From: Phoronis australis
Taxonomy: Eukaryota; Animalia; Phoronida
Assembly: GCA_002633005.1 (NCBI GenBank)
Contig: NMRA01000221.1
Coordinates: 374,290 to 438,289 of the forward strand
DNA length: 64,000 nt
Direction of reading: 5' to 3'
Positions 39,001 through 49,515 of the stretch are shown one piece after another (positions within the stretch are counted from its first letter, which is position 1; every line of letters starts with the position of its first letter). The position numbers and the translations under genes are program-made. The notes below the pieces were generated by a model. It ran no database searches. It worked only from the letters and a program-made list of their open reading frames with translations, and had not been told where the DNA came from.

Positions 39001-42000
39001 CCCTATACAAACGGTATTGTGAATTGCTAAAGTGTCATTCATTGACAGTGACACCTGGTGGATACTGTAGCAACATTGGAATTAAACTTCAGTTCAACAC
39101 TATTGAAACATGAATATTAAAAGTAAGGTACTGGTCGTTGAGGAAGTCCGATCAACAGTCTACTGTTGTATTAGCTCTTGTTAGCCATGATTGAATAACA
39201 GGAAAAATGCCCAGTCCTGCACTCTAATATGCGAAGCTCCGTTACTAAATTCGCCTGCGAATTAAACTAGAGATTTCAACTTCTACACAGGGGCAATTCT
39301 TTTGGAACGGACGTACAATCAGAGAACATTTCAAGGGGTGAGATAGACGTACCCGTGAAATTTTTATTTTTTAATTTTTTTACACAAATTTTCTGTGGAT
39401 TGTAAAAGTAACAATTTTTCATTTATATGATGATTTAGTGGAATATTTGTAGAGCACTATACACAATTTGTAGAGCACAATCACTATATGTAGAGCACAA
39501 TACACTAATTGTAGAGCACAGTACACTGTTTGTAGAGCACAATACACTAATTGTAGAGCACAATACACTGTTTGTAGAGCACAGTACACTGTTTGCAGAG
39601 CACAGCACACTGTTTGCAGAGCACAGCACACTGTTTGCAGAGCACAGCACACTGTTTGCAGAGCACAGTACACTGTTTGCAGAGCACAGTACACTGTTTG
39701 CAGAGCACAGTACACTGTTTGCAGAGCACAGTACACTGTTTGCAGAGCACAGTACACTGTTTGCAGAGCACAGTACACTGTTTGCAGAGCACAGTACACT
39801 GTTNTTAGGTTCCACTTTGGCCACAGCACCGTCAGGGCAGAAGTTGTACATTGACAATCATTATTTGAGTAATGTAAATGTAAATAAAGATTCCCTTAAC
39901 ACCTGGCCGTGGGATGGAAATCGAGTTGCTTCACAACAGTTTCTGCCAGCAAACACTAAATTAGCATGAGCTCACACGGCCTCGGTGTCCTGTCAATTAG
40001 TTTTATTGCACCTAAAGCCGGTAATGCAGTGATTTATTCATTGCTGGCTTCTCAAATCATTTGCACACACGGGCCGACTCTAAAGGCATTACAAATTGCA
40101 TCTAATGAGACAGACTTTGTTTCGGTTTGATATAAGTATTGGTTAGGGTGAGAATAATTCATTTTGAAACAGAACGCTCAATAATAAACGCCAACATGAT
40201 AACTCGCAATCCCGACGTAGGACGAGCTAGAGCTCATCAGTCCCGACTTTGCAGGTGGATCGTTAAGTTTTACAGGCTATGAATTCGAACAGGAATACAG
40301 TGATGAAGAAATACTAGAGGGGCGCCGTGAACAAGCTCAGATAACGTAACGTATGGAGTTATTTGGTAAGCCGGCATTCGTCAGGCACTGTCGACGTCTG
40401 CAGGCCATAGACACGGAGATGTTTCACGGCCTCATACTTGCTATTTACAGCGTACATTTCATTCTTCAATACCATGAGCTACTTCCTAAGCATTTCGGAC
40501 TCTCGAGGAAGTAAAAAAAATGATAAACCCGCTTTCCTCGCAGCTGCTTAGTTCGGACAAGCGGGAACGATGCACCGCAACATAGCGACATTCACTCTGC
40601 ATATGAACCACTGACGTCGCTAGCGTTGTTTCTCACCTTCCTCACAGGTTAACGCGACACCTCTTGGCAAGGTAAGGTCGACTGTATGCGAGGCGAAGTG
40701 GATATAGACCGATTAACACGGCAAAAAAGACTAATAAAAATCGGGTGGCATTTTCCTTTAAAATAGTGAATATACACCATTGTGCAAGCTTAACAGAGAT
40801 TCCTTCAGCCTTGTCCCAGTATGTGTTTAGACCTGTAGTTGAAACTCGAGCAACTGATCGAGTGCAATTTGCTCTACCTATCAAACCGGTGTCAAAAATG
40901 GCCGGCATGGTGTCAACTTGCTCAGTGTCCATCAGTCGTGTTGGCTCTGTGACAACTGTCTACTGTGTAAATGCGACTAACAAGGCAAGTACCCTAATGT
41001 GTAAGAACACCACCAAGAACCTTTTAAACAGTAGTTGAGTCATGAGGCTGGGGATATCATGACAGGCCCATCTTTCGAGCATCAGGGAAAGAATGCTTTA
41101 AAGCATTTTATAATGTTTCCGAGTCCAATCTCATACCCTTGAGTGGTTGAATGTAATAGCATTTTTATTATAACAGGCAATTGTCACTAAAATAATAAGC
41201 AAATCAAATCAAATCATGCAATTGTGTTATGATTGTTGGCAGTCAAGGGGGGCAGGACTCTGTGGACTCCTCTAAATCCTTTGTTGTGAAAAGCACAGAC
41301 AAGTAAACATTGTAATTGCAATGAGCTTCAAGGTAGAAAATTGAGGAATTAACTAGATGAAAATCATTAAGGCAAGATTTTAATGACGGTACTAGGGGTT
41401 GGCTTTACATTACAATACTTATGCTGGCAAATTTGTACAAAAAGTTTACGTGAAAACTCTCCAATATTGGATGTGACAGGACACCAGTGCGGAAATGGAT
41501 AATTATCTAGTTTAGTCACATTTCGCGACAAAATAATACTGGGTGTCCCAAACAGTACAACGCCGATAGCTCAAATTTTCTGCGTCCAGGCCTACTGTTT
41601 AGTTACACCTCGTTGTGTCAGCAAGAGCAGGAGCCATCATCTGCTCTCAGTCCTCTGTATGCACAAGAACAGCAAACAAACGATTTAGTTTTTGAGAGTA
41701 AAACATCGAACTATGGTGCTGGAAACTCAAAAACATCGAGGAAGTGCAAGACTAGTCTTTTTCCCAAGTTAATAAATAACGCAGTTATTTCGTTTCTACG
41801 CAAATATTTTTGGTCACCTAACTATGAATTTTAACCAGCAATGTTATTCTAAAGGCAACATAAAGCACAGTTGTTGTCATTTGAAGTGTGAGTACATTGT
41901 ATATCAAGAAAGATTCCTTTAAATATTGTGCGAGTCCTGTTCAGCCTTCAAACAAGATCGGATAAGTATTTAGCACTGAAAATGATAAAGATGGCATTTC

Positions 42001-45000
42001 AGCAAACTGTTTGCGCCCAATATTAGAGAAGTGTAGACTGTTACCATTAGAGAAAGCTGAAAAGTCTCTTATCAAAATGATATTTCCAACTAAATGCCAG
42101 TTCTTTTACTTTGTGTGAAAAATTCGCTGAACAACTTCCATCTCTTCAAGTTAAAGGCTGATATGAAATTGCCTATTGTAAACAAATAACTTTGAATTGA
42201 GATATCTCACTGGTCTAGAATTGGTCCTCACTCTGAAAAGAGATGACAGTCCCTCATTACTGGAGGTAAGATTGGATCATGTATGAATGCCCTGACCAGA
42301 ACATGGCACCAGGCAACAAGTAGGTACCAATTGTTCTCAAGCCAAACACAGAAATTACTTTCAAACCTGATTACGGTAAAATCTCACCAATTTCGCACAA
42401 AAGTAATCCCGTTTACCATTTTTGAAATGCTTCAAAAGTTGTGAATGCCCACAATTTTTCAAAACTCTGTACAGTGACTCCTGTGGTACAAAAGTTGAAC
42501 ATGGAAAACGTATTTAATTTGGAGCTAATTTCACAGACAAGATGATAAAATAAAGCTTCAGTCCTAAATTGGTTAGATTTCACAGTAGGAAACATCAGTT
42601 GAGACCTGTAGGTCAACAAGAAAACAACCTCAGATTTTGCTAAGCGACTGGGAAAAACACTACATACGCATGCGAGCATGCACACAAAATACTACAGGAA
42701 GTAAACAGATTCGAGCGGGAATCATTCGCCAAAACTTGTAAGGACCACTTTATGAGTAATGTATGTACAGGTGACGGGGGTTTCCTTAAATTGTTGACCA
42801 CTGTTCCTGTTTGGTGACCTTGGGATTTTTTCAGGTCGCATTTGTCTTGTTGGCATTATACTAAGTATGGAGCCCTGCAACAGCTTCAAGTGATTAGAGA
42901 AACACACTGCTTTTAAGATCTTGCCATGTAGTAGGAACCACTCAACCCATTACATATCCTTTCATGTACTTATAGGACATGTTCACACATTGGACAATGT
43001 CATACAGCATGCCAAATGCATCTTTATGTTCCACATATGTCGGACAAACAATATTAAATGCAACCAAAGCTAGATGAAAGGGGAGGGCATTCACCACTAC
43101 AACAATAGGGATGGCTTAAGTTGTGTTTCAAAGCAGGCACACTGAAGGTCAAAGGAAATAGAAAGTATACTGTGTCAACTATTTCTGCTTACAGGGAAAA
43201 TCACGGTGTCAACAACGAATTCTGTTTACAGTGAAAATGACGTCATGACTTATTATCCAAGCACAATCTAAATATTGGTCGATTCCCTTTCATTTCATAT
43301 CATGATAGACACATAACATGATGTTCACTCATGATAAATGCTGGCAGTCAAGTAACTGTTGTACCAGATGTGCACAGGCCGCTCACAGTGGCAGATTTAG
43401 AAGGGGGCCAAGGGGGCCATGCCCCCCCCAAGTTCTCTCAGATTCTACTTGGCAGTTCGGGGTGCGAATTTCTGACATGCAAAATCCTGGCTAATGCTCT
43501 GCTCTGGCTCCCCCTAACTCGAAATCCTGGATCCACCCCTAGCTCAGGTTGGCCCACTGCATTGACCACTTGGAAGCATTTTTATTCTTTATTTATTTAT
43601 ATTTAAAACCGACCTGAGGAGCTAGAGACCTGATTCAAGGGTCTAGCAGTGTGTCGACTTGGGAGCCGAACCCATGGCCTTGCGTAAACTGAAACGAACA
43701 CTTATCCCTCTAGGCACACTGCCTTCTATTACTCATTCTTTCCATCAGCTGATAAAACACAGATTTACAAGTTGACTCCTTCAATTCAATTACTTTGATG
43801 CACTACATGTGGGCAAACTGCACGCAGAACACAAAATAAAAAACACAATAACCAAATTTCGACATTTTTATGGAATCTGTACATTGCAGGGCGACTGCAG
43901 AAAGCTAAGAAGTATTAAACTTTCATGACATGTTGGGGACTTTTACACTAGAGCTTGATCACAAAGTACACATCAATACGTGTCCTGACTTAGCACACTA
44001 GAACACTAACAACACATACAGGGCAAATACACACTCCAGACAATACTGTTCAACACAAAAGTAGGAAACACTTGAAAGAACTACTGTACAAATATCAGCA
44101 ATTCAATGCCACCCACTTAGGAACAACCAGGAAATATACGTTCAAACCGCAGCAGGTAAGATAAAAATCTCAGCATACAGAACTGCACAAAACATCAAAA
44201 CTTTTTGATGTAAAAAACAAACAAAATTATCACTACAGTAGTTATCAATGGGAATTTGAATACCTTCAAAGCATTACCCGATAAGTATTAATGCAAAAAA
44301 TAAAGTCAAGGGATAAAACACTCCTGAGATTAATAGGAAATGAAGCAGGATCAAAAAAGTGAATTTTGCATCTACACAATAAAGACAACATTCGATAAGG
44401 ATGGTGACAATGATGACGGTGGTGATACTGGTGTTAATATTGGTGGTGATGATGTTGCTGTTGATATTGATGGTGATGATGGCGGTGGTGATGGCGGTGG
44501 TGATGGCGGTGGTGATGATGTTGGTTGATAGTGGTGATGATGGTGACGGTGATGGTGATGATTGTGTTCATGGTGATGATAATGGAGGTGGCGACGGTGG
44601 TAATGATGGCGGTGGTGGTGTTGATGGTGGTGATGTTGGTTGATAGTGGTGACGATGGTGGTGTTGATGATGGTGATGACGTTGGTGTAGATAGTGGCGG
44701 TGATAAGGATAATGAAGGTGATGACGGTGAAAATGACGATGTTGATGGTGGTGATAATGGTGATGATGATGGCAGTAATGAAGGTGATGGTGATGATGAT
44801 GATGATGGTGGTGATGGTGATGACGATGGCAGTAATGAAGGTGATGGTGATGGTGATGATGGTGGTGATGATGCTGGGAATACTGACAAGATAACAATCA
44901 TTGGAATAACAATATTAGGCATTAACTGTGACATGACACAGACTGGCAAGGTGCAAAATGGTTGGTGTCAAGAGGTTATTTACACACATGAAGCAGAAAC

Positions 45001-46230
45001 GGTGGCAAAGAGGAAGTTGTAGATAGGAGTGAGGACTGCACATGCTCAAGGTTACAAGTAGACAGGAGTGAGGACCGCTCATGCTCAAGGTTACAAGTAG
45101 ACAGGAGTGAGGACCGCACATGCTCAAGGTTACAAGTAGACAGGAGTGAGGACCGCACATGCTCAAGGTTACAAGTGGCTGAAGTTGAATTTAAATTGAG
45201 GAAGAGTAAATTACCCAAGCTTCTGCATATAAATAAAATTTATAAGTGGAGTTAAGTTTCTGGTCATCCAGAGGATGAGCAAATATTCACAGTGATCAGG
45301 CACTCTATTGTTTGTCTATATGGGGTTCATATTGTTTGTCTATATGGGGTTCATATTGTTTGTCTATATGGGTTCATATTGTTTGTCTATATGGGGTTCA
45401 TTATAGTGATTTTACTTGGATTCCATCTTAATTTTGAGTTGTGCTTGCCGTTGAGTTTAAATTGGTCGCATTGTTATTTTGATCAAGGTTTGGCTTCAAG
45501 TTTATTGGCTGCGCCAACGTGAAACAGGACTTTAAGATAACGATGAGGATGATATGACACGGTGTAAGGTGATGTTGAGGAACAGAGATGGGACTGTCCT
45601 ATTGCTGGTATTATAGGAAATACTAGTACAGTATTGAAACAAAAAGTACATAGTGCTTCCGCTGAAACCATAAAACTGGAATTGGGACAGATTTAATATT
45701 TTCACATTTTGTATCCAATTCCGTCAACAATGACCCAAAATCGAGTCCTCGAGGGTCCAGGTGGGTATCATAATTTTCGACCAACACGCTCCGCCAAAAG
45801 TATAGTCATGTGCAACCCCCCCTCTCCCGTTGTAAATTATCAAACATATCCTGAGTTTATTTTTCTTACAAATGTGAGCATCTTTATCTAATTGCACTAT
45901 CGTACTAGTATCCTATAAATGCTTAAATATAAGCCCCCCTCACATGAATTATCAAACATATCCTGAGTTTATATTACTTACTAAGTACTTAGTGTTAAAT
46001 GAGAAGTAGAACCCCACAGATGCCCAAATACAGAGACCTAACCATGTTGACAACATTGATGAGGAGGTTGATAATAATTATGTTGATATTGACGATGATA
46101 TAGAAAAAGATGATGACAAAGATAAAGAAGACCACGAAGGTGACGAGGTGATGACCGGTAGTCAAAGGGCAGCAGCTGCTGACCAGAGGGACACTCACCC
46201 TTCAGAGTTCATCTTCTTCTCATACTTCAT
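17996..46230 (-). CDS. FGD6: FYVE, RhoGEF and PH domain-containing protein 6-like (Cdc42 GEF family), 22 coding exons, about 1573 aa
   Basis: Phase-consistent GT-AG exon chain totalling 4722 nt. Domains: Pro-rich N-terminus (KKPAVALKPK), DH (IAEEIMSSERVFVDVL, LKPIQRIPQY), PH1 (EGDLMKLSRKEMQPRRFFLFSD), FYVE (WIPD, [9 protein letters not shown], RVC) and PH2 (WKKLWFVVKDKVLYTYGASED). An in-frame TGA lies upstream of the ATG. Confidence 0.93.
18475..18572 (-). CDS. FGD6: FGD6-like exon (PH2)
   Basis: SYEGVEPTLLLQITHKGRPPTILKTETSMAAE; cag/gtaagt. Confidence 0.88.
18591..18826 (-). mobile_element. tRNA-derived SINE copy (FGD6 intron)
   Basis: Same conserved blocks as 13493-13706. Confidence 0.75.
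19276..19335 (-). CDS. FGD6: FGD6-like exon (PH2)
   Basis: DMAALESLPLLGYEIATFTE; cag/gtgagc. Confidence 0.92.
20427..20552 (-). CDS. FGD6: FGD6-like exon (PH2 start)
   Basis: VSATDGEADLSGYLQQHVKGKKWKKLWFVVKDKVLYTYGASE; tag/gttagt. Confidence 0.93.
21318..21457 (-). CDS. FGD6: FGD6-like exon (FYVE-PH2 linker)
   Basis: (E)FEEQEGTDSPPRSPGG...KRRPAVLKE; cag/gtaagt. Confidence 0.9.
21819..21918 (-). CDS. FGD6: FGD6-like exon (FYVE C-half)
   Basis: VVCGPCSEYKAPLQYLKNKPNRVCSDCFEVLEK. Confidence 0.93.
22708..22851 (-). CDS. FGD6: FGD6-like exon (FYVE N-half)
   Basis: DLPEQ...[34 protein letters not shown]. Confidence 0.95.
23199..23301 (-). CDS. FGD6: FGD6-like exon (PH1 C-terminal helix)
   Basis: (S)SPQERDDWITDLTNTIKEFTLKRTTFKRQVNQLP; cag/gtaagt. 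Confidence 0.9.
23795..23886 (+). repeat. (CA)n/(CCCA)n microsatellite
   Basis: Direct inspection. Confidence 0.9.
23906..23985 (-). CDS. FGD6: FGD6-like exon (PH1)
   Basis: VVKPVQEDFQNEFSILSVQRSFTLAA; tag/gtaggt. Confidence 0.92.
24357..24440 (-). CDS. FGD6: FGD6-like exon (PH1)
   Basis: FSDVLLHTTPMTIGAYKINNKLSLAGMK; tag/gtaaga. Confidence 0.92.
25713..25856 (-). CDS. FGD6: FGD6-like exon (DH end, PH1 start)
   Basis: DNQRELLQVQERL...EGDLMKLSRKEMQPRRFFL. Confidence 0.94.
25911..26437. mobile_element. Tc1/mariner-type MITE
   Basis: 20-bp TIR CCGTAGTGTCACATATCAGC / GCTAATATGTGACACTACAG; TA on the left flank; internal AATAAGCGCC-like subrepeats. Confidence 0.7.
26667..26725 (-). CDS. FGD6: FGD6-like exon (DH)
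   Basis: (D)ALRIVSEVADHANEAMREG; cag/gtcagt. Confidence 0.92.
27267..27317 (-). CDS. FGD6: FGD6-like exon (DH)
   Basis: (T)YLDKLPPDSPDLDDTK; cag/gtaatt. Confidence 0.92.
27487..27574 (-). CDS. FGD6: FGD6-like exon (DH CR3)
   Basis: MSDRCARLALGHYMLKPIQRIPQYKMLLS; tag/gtgagt. Confidence 0.95.
28091..28247 (-). CDS. FGD6: FGD6-like exon (DH)
   Basis: (W)DEDPRVADIFVRKGPFLKLYTSYIKDF...VVKKFQ. Confidence 0.94.
28320..28631 (+). repeat. 52-bp minisatellite x6 derived from MITE family B
   Basis: Unit TGACATGTCCCTATCTTGAGAACCAGTTTGATGCCCGTTATTTAGTTGAGAA; runs into the MITE right arm at 28632-28675. Confidence 0.92.
29295..29446 (-). CDS. FGD6: FGD6-like exon (DH)
   Basis: DFRHAVDEA...ILNNLPQMHRFSQDLLSDLEQRIEH. 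Confidence 0.93.
29593..29687. mobile_element. Palindromic MITE family B copy
   Basis: TAGTCAGATAT..CTCATTTTGTGAACCAGTTT and AAACTGGTCCTCAAAAT..GTTATATC. Confidence 0.7.
29811..29903 (-). CDS. FGD6: FGD6-like exon (DH CR1)
   Basis: PAPKKNKIFCIAEEIMSSERVFVDVLALLNQ; tag/gtaagt. Confidence 0.94.
30305..30474 (-). CDS. FGD6: FGD6-like exon (acidic pre-DH region)
   Basis: (G)KTFSRENLLAAIDEQLG...SAENGK; cag/gtgaat. Confidence 0.85.
31908..33278 (-). CDS. FGD6: FGD6-like large N-terminal exon (disordered; Ser/Pro/Tyr motifs)
   Basis: Lies within ORF 31891-33390; acceptor gactaat..ctactttcag gives a phase-1 join; donor G|gtatca. Confidence 0.85.
33937..35262 (-). CDS. FGD6: FGD6-like large N-terminal exon (Pro-rich)
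   Basis: Extends ORF 33929-35176 upstream to the acceptor tcttcctcag; donor G|gttggt; 1326 nt, phase 1-1. Confidence 0.85.
35989..36095 (-). CDS. FGD6: FGD6-like coding exon 2
   Basis: ttttttcag|(G)SPKPKPRAPPVVGKKPAVALKPKLNLNVSRNTADG|gtaaga. Confidence 0.85.
38723..38931 (+). mobile_element. tRNA-derived SINE
   Basis: A-box-like TAGTGGAGTGG and B-box GGTTCAAGTCC (38779-38789); body homologous to three reverse-oriented copies. Confidence 0.75.
39446..39803 (+). repeat. 21-bp minisatellite (about 17 copies)
   Basis: Unit GTTTGCAGAGCACAGTACACT; the array ends at an N. Confidence 0.95.
40081..40761 (+). mobile_element. Possible Kolobok-type non-autonomous remnant
   Basis: Degenerate frame GYEFEQEYSDEEIL (40275-40316), CpG-rich, right end CCTTTAA; the left TIR is not recognisable. 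Confidence 0.35.
43358..43727 (-). mobile_element. tRNA-derived SINE copy interrupted by MITE A
   Basis: Removing 43386-43546 restores collinearity with the 13493 copy. Confidence 0.75.
43386..43541 (+). mobile_element. MITE family A copy 1 (TIR CAGTGGCGGATT/ATCCGCCCCTG type), inserted in a SINE
   Basis: 5-bp TSD GCTCA at 43381-43385 and 43542-43546; homologous to three other copies. Confidence 0.9.
44400..44872 (+). repeat. (GAT/GGT)n low-complexity trinucleotide tract
   Basis: Direct inspection. Confidence 0.95.
45019..45174 (+). repeat. 39-bp minisatellite x4
   Basis: Unit GTAGACAGGAGTGAGGACCGCACATGCTCAAGGTTACAA. Confidence 0.95.
45306..45400 (+). repeat. 24-bp minisatellite x4
   Basis: Unit TATTGTTTGTCTATATGGGGTTCA. 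Confidence 0.95.
45611..45918. mobile_element. Possible old MITE
   Basis: TTATAGGA(A)ATACTAGTAC / GTACTAGTATCCTATAA inverted pair. Confidence 0.4.
46199..46230 (-). CDS. FGD6: FGD6-like first coding segment (exon 46199-46261)
   Basis: gttctag|5'UTR with in-frame TGA..ATG MKYEKKMNSE(G)|gtgagt; phase 2 matches the next exon. Confidence 0.7.
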
Positions 46231-46541
46231 CCACACACAAATGCCCGCCCGTCTTCAGCCGCTAGAACAATACATTTATAAATATTATACATTATTGATA
46301 AGATTGCATGGTCTTATATAAATTCATATCAAATCGTACAAAAATCAGATGGCAAAAGTGCAGTAATTATTGCACTTACACAAGAAGGAAGCAATAAACG
46401 ATTTAAGATTGCATTCACTAAACACTAATTTATAACATTGTAAAGCAATAAAAGATGTAATATATTGAACTTTTTGTTCAAAGTGACACTATCTCAATGC
46501 CAGTGCATTTTTGTAGAGGTTCAAAACAGAAGTGTTGCTGC

Positions 46542-46944
46542 TGTGTGTGAACTTGGAATCTTGCTTAATCTCAAGATCACGAATGCGTAAACTTGGAATA
46601 CACTATGAAACTTGAAAAGTTCACTCAAATAATCAAATTCACATCGATAAAAATTTGCACTGCACTAGAGCAAATTACATGATGATAAACACAATATAAA
46701 ATTTAACCAACCTCTTTTCAACTAATGGGTATCTTCTTCACCAATGCAAAAAATAATTACCATTCAAATATTCCTCCGATTCTGTGACGCAAGTTACGGT
46801 AAAGGAGAAAATCGGTGACTGTGAGGTCACTAACTGCAAATATTCTTTACAATGAACAAAAAATTTCACCTGACTGTCATAAAGAATATCCAAGTTTACA
46901 CTGAAACAATCTTGAGATCAAGCAGGATTCCAAGTTCACGCACA
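46542..46944. mobile_element. Foldback/MITE with 36-bp TIR
   Basis: 46542-46577 is the near-perfect reverse complement of 46909-46944; a second inner pair GTAAACTTGGA/TCCAAGTTTAC is present. Confidence 0.7.
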
Positions 46945-48918
46945 ACATAACTACAGTACACCCAAGATGAAACTCAAAATACTAAAGGTGCACTTGAGAG
47001 AACCAATGGACTTCATTCACAGTTCAAGCCATGTTGCTTCTGCTAAATGAATGGAAATTTAAAGTCATGGGTAACCTCAATTAGATCAACATGTAAGCTA
47101 AATTAGATAGACACAAGAGAAAAACCATGCCACGTCAATTATGACAGGAGCTCATAAGAATAGCTAAAAGTTCTGTGATATAACCAACTTCATATTCTCA
47201 AAACTTGCTGCAGATCAATGAGATGGTTTATTTTAGTTGTTACTTAGAAATTATGACTGGTCATCCATGGATATAAGGATTTGAAGTTAAACAAAACAGA
47301 TGAAAAGAGGACGCAGGCCCTTAAAGACATAGAAACGATTTTTTTGTGCTTTGAAAAAATAAATGTATCTAAATATATGAAACTCGTACAAAGATTAAAA
47401 CCACATCTACCAAACCCTCATTTTTATCGTTACTTCAGTATGCTAATATCAAACAAGGCAAAGTGATGACATCAGAGACAGACAAAGACGAAAACAATCC
47501 CAGGATGTTGTGATTGTTGTCCTAGCTGTCTCAGAATAACTGACAAATCAAAGTTATATAATTATGATGTCAGTGGCCCAAATCTACTTAAATTATTGCT
47601 GGTGAGCTATCGTACTGTTCAGGTTTCTCTTTCATGTAACTTCTTGAATCATAATGTAGTCTCTTTACCACTGATTAATTTTGAATGTTTGGAACTGAAA
47701 CTAGGAAAGATTTCACAAGTTTCCAACAAGTTTTGAATTTTTGCAAAACACGTTGAGGTTATTGGGATTTGATTGCAGCAAAAACTTTTGTGAGGACAAG
47801 GATTAAATTTATGCACAAAGATCCAGCTTCATTTCGTGTAAAACGCACAAAATTTTGCATTTAAAACTTCTTATTCCCCAAACTCAGGTCCAGCAAATTT
47901 AACGATGTTTAACCTTGTTCCTACTCCTTTTAACTATAAACAGATGGTTATACATTGGACTCAGACTGGATATTACAAGACACCTTTGACACAATGCAAA
48001 CTGATATTGTGTAACTGCACAGGTCTATAAATGGAATTTGATATGGGCGAGCTAACACAATGTTATCAATTTGTTTTCCAATCACAGGGTAGTAGTAGTA
48101 CTAGTAGCAGTAAGAAGCATCTCCTTAGAATCCTTGATCTTTCTCCTTTCAGAAAAAATATTTTTAATAGTTAAAAAAGCATTTTATTCGATATTTGACT
48201 GAGGAGTTGAAGTTGAGGTCGTTTATTAAGGTCCTGGATAACCTTAAAAGGCAGAATCATGCAGTACCTTTATGTGTCCATTGATCACCATGGCAATATG
48301 AAGCAAACGCAACAAAACCATACATTTGGATGGAAAGTTAAGTCAAGTTTTAAGTGCGATTCTTCTGCGTTGTTTTCAGATCATAAAATTTCTAAGACCA
48401 GACTGGTGATTACGTCAATTGAACCTGGGAAGCAAAAAAAACGTGGTTAGAATTTAAAATGACTGTTGTGTACTGTTGCATCATGTTCAGTTGTTCACTA
48501 AAAGGTTCAGAGTGGAAAGAACTGCGTGTGCATTCACAGCCCATTAAGTGGGCTGACCTCAGACTTTGTTTGGTGATCTGGTAAAAATCCAAAGTCGCCT
48601 GGCACATAAGAGTACGGGCTCAAAAGACTACAAGAAGTAAACAGATGGGAATCGGACTTGCACGGATGGGCCCGTTGATGACTCATGCCCAGACAAAGTG
48701 TCCTAATCGGCAGATCGTCTGCTTTTTATGTTGGTAGAGTCTGCTCAGGATGATGAGCCTGACAAGAAATTGGTGCGTACCCAGCAAATAACAGACCCCT
48801 AAATTCCCATTTGTCTAGAAATAAAATAACATAAAATAAATAAAAAACATATAAAGTTTTCTTCTTTTGGCGAGCTCATTTCCCGTTTGGTGAGCTGGGA
48901 ACTTTATCAGGTAGCACA

Positions 48919-49079
48919 CAGTGGCGGATTAAGAGGGGGGCCAAGGGGGCCATGGCCCCCCTAAAATTCTCCAAGATTCCACTGGGCAGTTCGGGAATGC
49001 CTATGTCTAACAGGCAAAATCCTGGCTAATACTCTGCCCTGGCCCCTCCCCCTAACTCAAAATCCTGAATCTGCCCATG
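48919..49079 (+). mobile_element. MITE family A copy 2
   Basis: 5-bp TSD GCACA at 48914-48918 and 49080-49084. Confidence 0.9.
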
Positions 49080-49417
49080 GCACAGGGCAAGCTGACATTA
49101 TGCTAAGTGCCGAACCCCAAGTTACAGAATAGACTTCCAACATAGGAATTGTGTGGCAGCAGTTTAGCTTACAAAATACAGTGCAAAGCTTTCAGTGATA
49201 GTACAAAATGTACCGATATCATGTGGGAGTAAAGCTGATAAAAATTTATGGTGTTATATACATACAACAGTTTTTGTTGTAATTTCACTCTATGAAGCTC
49301 TGTACAATATAACAGAATGGGTAACCATGACAACATTGTAATGAGCTTATTCATCAGTAAAGACTCTCCTTTGTGTTTGAGATTTACACGAGGTTTCTAC
49401 ATACAATATTACCCAAG

Positions 49418-49515
49418 AGTCTGATATTAACGTGTGCGCATTTTGAGAACCAGTTGATGCCCGTTATTCAGTGGAGAAAACTGGTTCTCAAAATGCGGGC
49501 GCATTACATCAGACT
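49418..49515. mobile_element. Palindromic MITE family B, about 100 bp
   Basis: Arms AGTCTGATAT..GCATTTTGAGAACCAGTT and AACTGGTTCTCAAAATGC..ATCAGACT. Confidence 0.75.

Noticed and set aside
39419-39857. Repetitive Cys-rich ORFs
   Set aside because: Translations of a 21-bp minisatellite open in multiple frames
44340-45022. Long His-, Asp/Gly- and Met/Val-rich ORFs
   Set aside because: By-products of a (GAT/GGT)n tract that is open in several frames; no splice-compatible link to FGD6
16226-45400. CRISPR-like appearance of the arrays at 16226, 28320, 45019 and 45306
   Set aside because: Units repeat in full with no unique spacers, there are no cas genes, and the context is eukaryotic
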